From IMG/VR virus record IMGVR_UViG_3300035156_000050, positions 1 through 44,020 of that record: 44,020 nt of DNA. One strand, 5' to 3'. Under the pieces are notes generated by a model, which was not told the origin of the DNA, did not search any database, and saw only the letters and a program-made list of their open reading frames with translations. The stretch is from a virus. Positions 23,541 through 30,843 of this stretch are shown in pieces. The position numbers and the translations under genes were made by a program. Every line of letters starts with the position of its first letter. Within the stretch, counting starts at the first letter, position 1.

Positions 23541-24403
23541 GCCACGCCACCCCTACACCAACCGCCGACCCTGTGGCGGTACTGCGCAAGGCGCTGAACT
23601 TCGCCGCCGACACTATCGAATTGTTCGATGATGCCACGATGCGAGCCGACTACATGCTGGACTCAACCCAATGTGCGGGCATCATTCGCGCGCTGGTAGA
23701 CAGCCCACAAATTATCGCGATGGCGGCGACCGACCGCGCAGCTATCCAGCCAGCGGAATTTTACCGGCAGGGCTGGTACGACTGCTTCGATGCAGCGCGC
23801 GAGCAAGGTTTAGTTAGTAGCGCTGACGACGCCCCTGTTTGTCCCGCCCAGCAGGACGATAAAGCCGGACAGGCAGCGGGCAAACCGTTCTACTTCGTGC
23901 GCGTGCGGGAAGATGGCTGCATCCGGAAGGAGGTCACAGAGGCACGCGCAATCGAATGCGCCAAGCACCCCGATATCTACGAGGTGTCGATGCTTTATGC
24001 TGCCACCCTTGCCGCGCCAGAAGGCAAGACCGAGGCGAGCGAGTTGCCGCCGCTGCCTGCGCCGCATCCGATCAAGTTTGCCCCAGCGTACCGCGACTTT
24101 TTCACCGCCGATCAAATGCACGCATACGCCAGCGCCGCCCTTGCCGCTCGCCCGCCCGTCGCAGCACCCGATGCCGAAGCGATCTACCAATGCGAAAGCG
24201 AAACCTCCGAAGGGTGCTCCTGCTGGATGGACACGACAAAGGGGCGATACGAAAGCGCGAAAAGTCGCGGCTTCAATGTCCGTACGGTATATCCCCAGCC
24301 CTCTCCCGCTGTAAAGAGTGCAGAGTCGACAGATCAGGATAGGCGCGACCTTGCGGCATTCCGCGTCACCATGAGTGCAGAGCCGACAGAAGGTGCAGCG
24401 TGA
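23537..24403 (+). CDS. Hypothetical protein
   Basis: 288-aa ORF with an ATGA overlap. No family recognised. Confidence 0.55.
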   Translation: MSHATPTPTADPVAVLRKALNFAADTIELFDDATMRADYMLDSTQCAGIIRALVDSPQIIAMAATDRAAIQPAEFYRQGWYDCFDAAREQGLVSSADDAPVCPAQQDDKAGQAAGKPFYFVRVREDGCIRKEVTEARAIECAKHPDIYEVSMLYAATLAAPEGKTEASELPPLPAPHPIKFAPAYRDFFTADQMHAYASAALAARPPVAAPDAEAIYQCESETSEGCSCWMDTTKGRYESAKSRGFNVRTVYPQPSPAVKSAESTDQDRRDLAAFRVTMSAEPTEGAA

Positions 24404-24660
24404 ACCGCCTGACGAAATCGCAACTGCAAGCCGCATTGAATTCTTTGGCGGCGGCGGTCAATCGCGCGCATGAGGCGCGCAGCCGGATCTATAACCACAG
24501 CCAAACGGTGTACGGCACAACACCGGGGGAAATCGACAACGATTGGTTTATCGATGCTGTAGACGGTGGCTGTGGCATGGCAAGCGGAATGACTGCCGAC
24601 GAGTTCGACAAATCTATGCGCGCTGCCCTGAGTGTCGGCGAGACGAAGGGAGAGGCGTGA
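24400..24660 (+). CDS. Hypothetical protein
   Basis: 86-aa ORF with a GTG start that overlaps the upstream stop (GTGA). Confidence 0.5.
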   Translation: MNRLTKSQLQAALNSLAAAVNRAHEARSRIYNHSQTVYGTTPGEIDNDWFIDAVDGGCGMASGMTADEFDKSMRAALSVGETKGEA

Positions 24661-24953
24661 TGGGACTCTATGTACACGTAACCGGCCACGACGATGCCGC
24701 AAAGGTCGAAGCATTCCTTTGTGAATTCGCACGCGCGCGCGAACACATGAAGAAAGCAGCCGACGCGCTGCTTCAGGTGCGCGAGCTGCCAAAAAGCGAG
24801 CCCGACAAAAAGCGGTATGACCGCGCGCATAAACGCATGGTGCGCCTGATCCGCGACTGGAATCGGATAGAGCAGGAGCGCGAAGCCGAAGCTGTAAGCA
24901 AGACGGGCGGAGAGGCAATCGCCCCTCCCGGTCCTACTATCCCACCAGCCTGA
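24660..24953 (+). CDS. Hypothetical protein; last gene of the rightward operon
   Basis: 97 aa from ATG 24660 (MGLYVHVTGHDD...), in a TGATG overlap. Its 3' end overlaps the convergent 763-aa gene by 17 nt. Confidence 0.5.
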   Translation: MGLYVHVTGHDDAAKVEAFLCEFARAREHMKKAADALLQVRELPKSEPDKKRYDRAHKRMVRLIRDWNRIEQEREAEAVSKTGGEAIAPPGPTIPPA

Positions 24954-27228
24954 TCAGCTGACGCAGCCAGTCGGCGCCGCGCGCGTCGACTGACTCCCAC
25001 TCTTTCACCGACAGTTCAATTTCGCGCTTGATCAGCACATCTCCGGGCGGCGTTGGCGGTTCGGGCGCTGGCGGCGGCGCCGGAATCTGCACCGCTTGCA
25101 GGTATGCCCGCGGGACGATTGCGAACTGCGGCCCGGTTCCATACTTGGGCTGATTGGCACGGCCGTCAAACCGCGCCCAGGCCAGCGCCGCCGCCTCTCG
25201 ATCGGGGATGACGTCGACCGCGTAGGCCAGCGCCGGCTGCATGTTGGCCACAAAGCCGGTCGTTTCCCCCGCATAGCCGACCATTTCCCCAAGCACCATT
25301 GGCGGGGATGGCATCTTGCGCACGCTGTTCATGTACGCCAGTCGCTCCGGTGTGTTGCAGCCGGTGGTCAGTCGCGGGGTCCCGGCAAACGTCTTCTCGT
25401 AGATCGTCGTGAAATCCGTGTAGATGGCCGACGTTTTCGTGTCGCGCATTTGCAGGTTGTACGTGGTCGCATCGATCCAGCAGAAGCCCGGCGCTGTCAT
25501 GCGGCCAATCGCAAACATCGCGGACCACTCCGCCAACTTGCGCAGCGCCGGTAGCCCGGTGAGGTCCAGTGCATAACCAACGGCCGACGCAAAGAAATCG
25601 TTTTGCCACGGCGCCAGGGCAATGCCGACGCCGGAAGGATACGCGATTGCTTGTTCCGTGATCATCGCGCCCAAGGGCGAATAGTATTTCGCGCCCGGCG
25701 TGGCGTTGTCGGCCACATACTTTTCTGCTGTGTTGGCCAGCCAGAAGTTAAAGGCCGATTTCATCGGGTCATCGTCAGGGATGATCGATGCACATTCAGC
25801 CAGCGTGCGCAGCGTCCAGCCCTGCCCACGAAGCTGGCCGATCGTCATCACCGCGCGCGCGCCGTCACGATAGCCGGGGTTGGTCTGGTAGATGCTCCAG
25901 TTGCACCAGAATTCCAGCTCTTCCTTGTAATAGAAGTCGCCAGACAGCAGATACGGAATGTAAGGATAACCAGGCATGTGCGACGAGTCCTGCGCCAGGA
26001 GCGTGCTTGACGTGGCGACGGGCGGCAGCTTTTCCCGCTGGCCTGTGGCCGTGTTCAAGCTGTCGCCCAGCTGCCCCAGCAGCGTCGCGCGCGGGTAATG
26101 CAGCACGTCCAGCGGCCTGCCTTGATCGTCGCGGCGGTGCGAGCCAAAGCTGCCGGCTTGATCGACACAGCGCAGCATCGCCTTGTATGCGCGCGGGTCG
26201 CGGGACAAGATGTACGCGGGGTGCGTGTCTGGCGCCAGCGCGATTTCCGGACGGCCGCCCGGCGCGCTCATATCGGCCAGATATCGGCCCCGGCCCATTG
26301 GTTCGAAGTCGGGTCCGTTCAGCGACGCAATCAGCCCGTCCAGATAACTGTTGCTGATCGTAACGCGCTGGTCATACGACGAAACGGCGCGGGTATCGAT
26401 CAAGTACGGCGTGAAATGTTCGACATGAATATTCGGCTCGCCCTTCAACCAGAATGTTTTCTTCCAGCGCGAGCAGGGGAAATGCACCAGTCCCGTCTTT
26501 TGATAGCGCACCTCGCCGGTCACGAGAATGGTCACGTCGTAGGTAATGTCGACCTGCGCCGCCACCGTCGCCGGGTTCGGCACTGCGGCCGTCACCTTCG
26601 GCGTAAAGGTGCCATTCGTCGCATAGGCTTTGGTGTGCTCCAGCGTGATGTCGACCTTGCTGTTGTTAGCGAAGTCCCGCACACCGAACTGCGCCATCAG
26701 GAACGGGTGTGGCACGCGCTCAGCGGTCATCAGCGGCTCGTTGTGAATGAACTCCTGCGCCACATGGCCAGCGAGCCAGCCGCGCGCCTTGCCGCTCCCA
26801 GGCTCTGCCGTGTAGGTTACGCCGTCATGTACGAGCACGACCCTGTAATCGTCCAGGATGCTGCCCACGACCCAGGACACGGGCGGGCGCTTGTCGGAAC
26901 GAATCAGCCACATGTCAGTGTCCCGCGGCAGATCCTGAACCATGGCCGAAATAATGGCGTGCCGTACGGAACCGTCAGGGTGCGTCGCCTTCACGTCCAT
27001 CTGCAGCGGGATTTCTCCCCGGATCGTCCGGCCTGCGAGCGTGTCGCCCGGTGCTAGATCGCCCTCGCGGAAAGACTGGCCGAATGTGGTTGGCAGATCC
27101 TGGCCAGCGCCGCGAAGACGGACCATGGTGACGGCATCGCCCAGCGCTACCTGTGGCGAGTTGAACGGAGCAGCCGTGTACTTGGGTAAGGTAAGCGCCG
27201 GCGTGCCCGGCGAAACGAGTGTGACCAT
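24937..27228 (-). CDS. Large late protein (763 aa), possible glycan-degrading or receptor-binding enzyme
   Basis: Start set at ATG 27228 (MVTLVSPGTPALTLPKY...). The 105-aa extension in the ORF track overlaps the DUF1353 gene. The N-terminal half has beta-rich composition. The C-terminal half is Trp/Tyr-rich and helical (PGYPYIPYLLSGDFYYKEELEFWCNW), followed by a Pro-rich linker. The functional call is weak. Confidence 0.45.
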   Translation of the reverse strand: MVTLVSPGTPALTLPKYTAAPFNSPQVALGDAVTMVRLRGAGQDLPTTFGQSFREGDLAPGDTLAGRTIRGEIPLQMDVKATHPDGSVRHAIISAMVQDLPRDTDMWLIRSDKRPPVSWVVGSILDDYRVVLVHDGVTYTAEPGSGKARGWLAGHVAQEFIHNEPLMTAERVPHPFLMAQFGVRDFANNSKVDITLEHTKAYATNGTFTPKVTAAVPNPATVAAQVDITYDVTILVTGEVRYQKTGLVHFPCSRWKKTFWLKGEPNIHVEHFTPYLIDTRAVSSYDQRVTISNSYLDGLIASLNGPDFEPMGRGRYLADMSAPGGRPEIALAPDTHPAYILSRDPRAYKAMLRCVDQAGSFGSHRRDDQGRPLDVLHYPRATLLGQLGDSLNTATGQREKLPPVATSSTLLAQDSSHMPGYPYIPYLLSGDFYYKEELEFWCNWSIYQTNPGYRDGARAVMTIGQLRGQGWTLRTLAECASIIPDDDPMKSAFNFWLANTAEKYVADNATPGAKYYSPLGAMITEQAIAYPSGVGIALAPWQNDFFASAVGYALDLTGLPALRKLAEWSAMFAIGRMTAPGFCWIDATTYNLQMRDTKTSAIYTDFTTIYEKTFAGTPRLTTGCNTPERLAYMNSVRKMPSPPMVLGEMVGYAGETTGFVANMQPALAYAVDVIPDREAAALAWARFDGRANQPKYGTGPQFAIVPRAYLQAVQIPAPPPAPEPPTPPGDVLIKREIELSVKEWESVDARGADWLRQLIRLVG

Positions 27229-27265
27229 GGGATTCTTTCGGAGAGGTTGAGAGGGTAACTTGTGT

Positions 27266-27682
27266 CTAGCCAACTGCTGCGGGCAAGGCGTCAGGATCGC
27301 GCCCAGGGGAGCCGCCCGGGCTGCGAGTGTAACGCGTATGCCCGCCGATGCGAACGCCAGCCCACATAGCCCAGCGCTTCCACCATGACACGCCAGTGAT
27401 GGCCGCCGCTTCGCGGAAAACTTGGTCTGCCATTGCACGCGACTCCCGGCCGCTGGTGTACAGGTAATCGTGCACGACGGCAGCGCGCACGCCGATATTG
27501 CCCAGTGCTTCGTAAATAATGGGAATCCGGGGCGTGCTGGCAAAGTCAGTTGTGAAGCCGGCCGGCACCGTGATGACTCGCCCGGCCACGTCAGAATCGT
27601 AAATTAGCGGCTCGAGCAAAACCCAGTTGCCGGTATCGTTCGGGTAATACTCAGCACGCAGCGGGGATAGAAACTGGCTCAT
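27266..27682 (-). CDS. DUF1353 family protein
   Basis: Start at ATG 27682 (MSQFLSPLRAEYY...). ITVPAGFTTDFASTPR...AAVVHDYLY...ADQVF matches the DUF1353 pattern (VP.GF.TDgaSiP...HDyLY). Confidence 0.8.
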   Translation of the reverse strand: MSQFLSPLRAEYYPNDTGNWVLLEPLIYDSDVAGRVITVPAGFTTDFASTPRIPIIYEALGNIGVRAAVVHDYLYTSGRESRAMADQVFREAAAITGVSWWKRWAMWAGVRIGGHTRYTRSPGGSPGRDPDALPAAVG

Positions 27683-27852
27683 GGGTCGAGCCTGCGAATG
27701 TCTTCCAGGCGCTGCTGCTCCTGCTGCTTGGCCAGGTATTCCTTGCTCATGTAGGTAGCGCGAAGGTCCCACGTAACATCGAGACCGGCGCACCCGGTCA
27801 GCGTCGCCGCCACCAGCATGATCAGTAGTTTTTTCGTCGCGTTGTGTCGCAT
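27679..27852 (-). CDS. Small lipoprotein (57 aa), possible o-spanin or exclusion lipoprotein
   Basis: Hand-translated as MRHNATKKLLIMLVAATLTGCAGLDVTWDLRATYMSKEYLAKQQEQQRLEDIRRLDP*, with lipobox LTGC. AAGGA lies 6 nt upstream. Its stop overlaps the DUF1353 start (ATGA). Confidence 0.6.
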   Translation of the reverse strand: MRHNATKKLLIMLVAATLTGCAGLDVTWDLRATYMSKEYLAKQQEQQRLEDIRRLDP

Positions 27853-27853
27853 G

Positions 27854-27979
27854 TCAGTCCTTTTGATGGTCGATGGGGTTGGAATCGGTTTGCTCGAGAA
27901 ACGCCAGGACGAAGCCGACCACGCACAGGACGGTAACGGCGCCCAGGATGAAGCCCAGCAGGAACGCGTGCTTGCTCAT
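27854..27979 (-). CDS. Small single-pass membrane protein (41 aa) in the lysis cassette
   Basis: MSKHAFLLGFILGAVTVLCVVGFVLAFLEQTDSNPIDHQKD*. Its ATG overlaps the endolysin stop (ATGA). Confidence 0.55.
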   Translation of the reverse strand: MSKHAFLLGFILGAVTVLCVVGFVLAFLEQTDSNPIDHQKD

Positions 27980-28518
27980 ACGCTTACACGGTTTTTTATC
28001 CAGCCGTAAAAGAAGACGCGATTTGCTGGCCGGTTCTCCGTGATCTCCAGGTAACGAACAGTCTGCAAGCCGTTGAGCGCGCGAAGAATGACGAGCTCCC
28101 CGTCGGCGCCGCGCTTCTCGATCACTTTGCGCAGCGCCGCGATGGTCAGCGGCCCCATAACGCCGTCCAGTTCCAGCGGCGTGAACGAGTGCATGGGCTG
28201 GTTCAGCGCGTTGAGAACGCGTTGCAGCCACGGGCCCGGCCAGCTCACCCCCATATTGATGCCGGTGTCGATCATTTCCTCGCCAATGCGCGCCGATTCC
28301 GTCAGCACCTTGTCGAATCCCGGATCTTTGATGTATCGCTGCGTGTAGATTCGGACCGCCATCGACCGCGGCAGCGCGCGCATGTCGCCCTTGTAGCGGT
28401 TTTCCCTGGCCACCGCCTCCGTAATTCCGAAGCGCGTCGGACCGCCGCGGTCAGCAGGATGATCACTGTAATCCCCCTCGCGCGCGATAACGCCGTCGAT
28501 GATTTCCTGAATGCTCAT
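27976..28518 (-). CDS. Endolysin, GH108 lysozyme with C-terminal peptidoglycan-binding domain
   Basis: 180 aa. REGDYSDHPADRGGPTRFGIT matches the GH108 N-terminal signature (EGGY...D.GG.T..GI). The C-terminal LELDGVMGPLTIAALR fits a PG_binding_3-type module. Confidence 0.85.
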   Translation of the reverse strand: MSIQEIIDGVIAREGDYSDHPADRGGPTRFGITEAVARENRYKGDMRALPRSMAVRIYTQRYIKDPGFDKVLTESARIGEEMIDTGINMGVSWPGPWLQRVLNALNQPMHSFTPLELDGVMGPLTIAALRKVIEKRGADGELVILRALNGLQTVRYLEITENRPANRVFFYGWIKNRVSV

Positions 28519-28519
28519 G

Positions 28520-28798
28520 TCATGTATTCCAGTGAGAAAAAATCCACGTTACCAGCCCGCCCAGCGACCCGGCCGCCCCGCCCATCAGTACCAGCGTGCG
28601 CCAACTGCCGCGCGCCTCGTGCATCGTCTGCAGCACGGCGTCCAGCTTCGTATCCTGCCGCGCATTAGAATATTTCAGATCCTCCATGCCTGCCTTCATA
28701 TGCTTCATTTCCATATCAAAGGTTGTTTTCATGTGCTCCAGCTTCGCCTCCATCACAGCCAAACTTCGCGCGTTTTCTTGATCCAGTGGGGTTGTCAT
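28520..28798 (-). CDS. Membrane protein with C-terminal TM helix (putative holin or spanin-like component)
   Basis: 92 aa. The N-terminal ~60 aa are charged coiled-coil and there is one C-terminal hydrophobic helix (WRTLVLMGGAAGSLGGLVTWIF). It lies immediately upstream of the endolysin gene. Confidence 0.45.
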   Translation of the reverse strand: MTTPLDQENARSLAVMEAKLEHMKTTFDMEMKHMKAGMEDLKYSNARQDTKLDAVLQTMHEARGSWRTLVLMGGAAGSLGGLVTWIFSHWNT

Positions 28799-28810
28799 GT
28801 TGTCGCCTTA

Positions 28811-30787
28811 TCAGTTGGATGCGAGGATGTGGAAGAAGTCATACGGCTGGCTGCCGGCCACTTGCGCGCCGCTGGCAATGTTGAACAGCACGATCTTGAT
28901 TTGGTCGCCTGCGGCCAACTGTGGCACGTTGAAAAATACCGGCGCGATACCCCCCGCACTGGCGTTTGCGATACCGCAAAGCGCGCCATTAACCTGCAGG
29001 TAGAGTGAACCGTTCGTGACGCTGCCGCTGATCTGTTGGCACATGATCTGCACGTTCTTGAGCCCGCCCGTTGGCACGGTAAAAATGCCGGTGGTCAGGT
29101 TGTAATTGCCGGCGAAACGCGCAAGATCACCAGTGGTGACGAGCGAGGTGTATTTGAGCGTGGTCTGTGTTGCGTTTGGCAATGCCTGGCCGCCCAGGTT
29201 GGAGGCGCACAGGATGAGGCGCTGGCTAAAGCGAGGAATGCCGCCGCCCGTGATCCCGCCCAGCGGCGCCAGGAAGTTCTTGCCGAAGCTCTTGTTGTCG
29301 CACCAGATGTTCGGGAACCCGGCGCAATTGATGTTCGCTTGCGTCCGGCCGGCGACGGTGTAGAAGTCATTTGCCGAGAACACCAGATCGCCGTTAAAAC
29401 CGGCGTCAGTGGAAACAAACGGCGCCAGGTCGTGCCCGTGGTAGCCCTTGCACTGCACGAAGCTGGTCGCAATGCCTGGCTGTGGGCTGGCCAGCGCTGC
29501 CGGGTTCGTCATCTTGAGCAGTGGCGCCGCCGTCTCGATCGTCACGTTGCTGCCGCTGTAGCTGCCGTATGTCGGCACGCCGTTGTCGAGAATTGGCCGC
29601 ACTTCGACCGCGGAACCGGCCGTGCTGGTCGTGTGCAGGAGCTCGCCGCCGCACTGCGTAACATTCGCGCCAATGCACAGGATGCCAATTTCTTCGGCGC
29701 CCGGGAAGGATGCGCTGGCCGTGCTCTGGAGATTGCAGCCGATCAGGTCGACAAACGTTTGCGTGCCATACGCAATCACCGGATTCGGGCAGTTGAACGT
29801 GTAGCCGCCGTGAATGCTGATCTCCGAGAGTACGCGCCCCGGCACGGTAGGGTCGCCAATCTGAATCCCCCGCTTCGCGTGCACTACGCAAAATGACGAC
29901 AGATCGATCAGGGAGGTTGACCCAGCGGAAGACGACCACAGTTTAAGCCCGGCCTCGCACCCGTTGTTGCCGCTTCCGGAAATGACGATATCGCCCGAGA
30001 CAGTGAGCGCCTGCGCGTTTTTGATCTCGACCACGCACGCAAACGTGCCAGTCGGAGCGCCGATAAACGAAGCGTCGCCGCGAATATGCAGGCTGTTCAC
30101 CGCGTCGATCAGCAGGTTGTTGACCTTGTAAATGCCAGAAAACTCGATGCCCCGGTAGCGGGTTTTTGCCGCAGCGATGAACGCGCCCAGTGCCGCCGTA
30201 GAATCGGTCGCACCCGTTGGATCGACGCCGGGGAAATCGTTGGCGCTCATGAAGTCCCGCAGCTTCTGCTGCACGGTTCGCTTCACCGCGCCGGTTTCGC
30301 TTTGAACGAAGCCCATCAGCGACGCGCCGGCCGCAGTTGCGACAGTGGACGAAAAATTGATGGCCTGGCTGATGCCAGCCGAATCCCCGACCTTGAGCGC
30401 GTCCAGGCCGATCCGGGCGGAAAGCTGCTGAATCTGCACCACGATCTTGTCGAGCGCGTCATTGATGGCGCCAGGGTAAAAGCCGCCGTTATTGGTCAGG
30501 TTCAGCGTCTGCACCAGTGGCAGGTTGCTCGTCGCGGCAAGGCTGTAGCCGACCGCCAGCGGCGCCGGCAAGAAGATCGTCCCGCCAGGCGAGGAATTCT
30601 GATCACTGTTCAGCGTCACTGTGTAGTCGCTGTCCAGCGTCTTGATCGATTCGACCCCAGTGGCGGTATTTGTCACGGCCACAAGCACGTCGGCCCGGGC
30701 AAATACCTTGAAGGAAAAAGGAAATTCCGACGTCAAGCCGGTTCCAAGAAAAGGTCCAGCCGTGCGCGATGAGTTACTGATTGTCAT
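28811..30787 (-). CDS. Tailspike/tail fibre: N-terminal anchor, pectate-lyase-like beta-helix, C-terminal C1q-like domain
   Basis: 658 aa. The N-terminus (TAGPFLGTGLTSEFPFSFKVF..) is typical of podovirus fibre anchors. NDFPGVDPTGATDSTAALGAFIAAA resembles the beta-helix depolymerase entry motif. The last ~140 aa fit the C1q/TNF jelly-roll pattern (TGIFTVPTGG..., LYLQVNG..., LAAGDQIKIV..., FFHILAS). Confidence 0.7.
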   Translation of the reverse strand: MTISNSSRTAGPFLGTGLTSEFPFSFKVFARADVLVAVTNTATGVESIKTLDSDYTVTLNSDQNSSPGGTIFLPAPLAVGYSLAATSNLPLVQTLNLTNNGGFYPGAINDALDKIVVQIQQLSARIGLDALKVGDSAGISQAINFSSTVATAAGASLMGFVQSETGAVKRTVQQKLRDFMSANDFPGVDPTGATDSTAALGAFIAAAKTRYRGIEFSGIYKVNNLLIDAVNSLHIRGDASFIGAPTGTFACVVEIKNAQALTVSGDIVISGSGNNGCEAGLKLWSSSAGSTSLIDLSSFCVVHAKRGIQIGDPTVPGRVLSEISIHGGYTFNCPNPVIAYGTQTFVDLIGCNLQSTASASFPGAEEIGILCIGANVTQCGGELLHTTSTAGSAVEVRPILDNGVPTYGSYSGSNVTIETAAPLLKMTNPAALASPQPGIATSFVQCKGYHGHDLAPFVSTDAGFNGDLVFSANDFYTVAGRTQANINCAGFPNIWCDNKSFGKNFLAPLGGITGGGIPRFSQRLILCASNLGGQALPNATQTTLKYTSLVTTGDLARFAGNYNLTTGIFTVPTGGLKNVQIMCQQISGSVTNGSLYLQVNGALCGIANASAGGIAPVFFNVPQLAAGDQIKIVLFNIASGAQVAGSQPYDFFHILASN

Positions 30788-30795
30788 TGGGTCTG

Positions 30796-30830
30796 CTCCT
30801 AGAAAGCCTGAATTGTCGGCAGTCTAGGAG
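30796..30830 (-). promoter_or_regulatory. Hairpin that can sequester the tailspike Shine-Dalgarno sequence
   Basis: ctcctaga (30796-30803) and tctaggag (30823-30830) are perfect inverted repeats around a 19-nt loop. On the mRNA the 3' arm contains AGGAG, 8 nt upstream of ATG 30787. Confidence 0.35.
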
Positions 30831-30843
30831 GTAGAACGAATAA

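Noticed and set aside
27229-27543. 105-aa N-terminal extension of the 763-aa protein (ORF track 24937..27543)
   Set aside because: It would overlap the DUF1353 gene by about 280 nt in another frame, and the extension is Ala/Cys/Pro/Ser-rich. An in-frame ATG at 27228 lies just downstream of the DUF1353 stop.
28811-30787. Diversity-generating retroelement (variable repeat at the tail-fibre 3' end, template repeat, reverse transcriptase), expected from BPP-1-like relatives
   Set aside because: No ORF has reverse-transcriptase motifs. I saw no second copy of the tail-fibre 3' region downstream, and the fibre tip is followed directly by lysis genes. A formal self-alignment would be needed to rule out a cryptic TR/VR pair.
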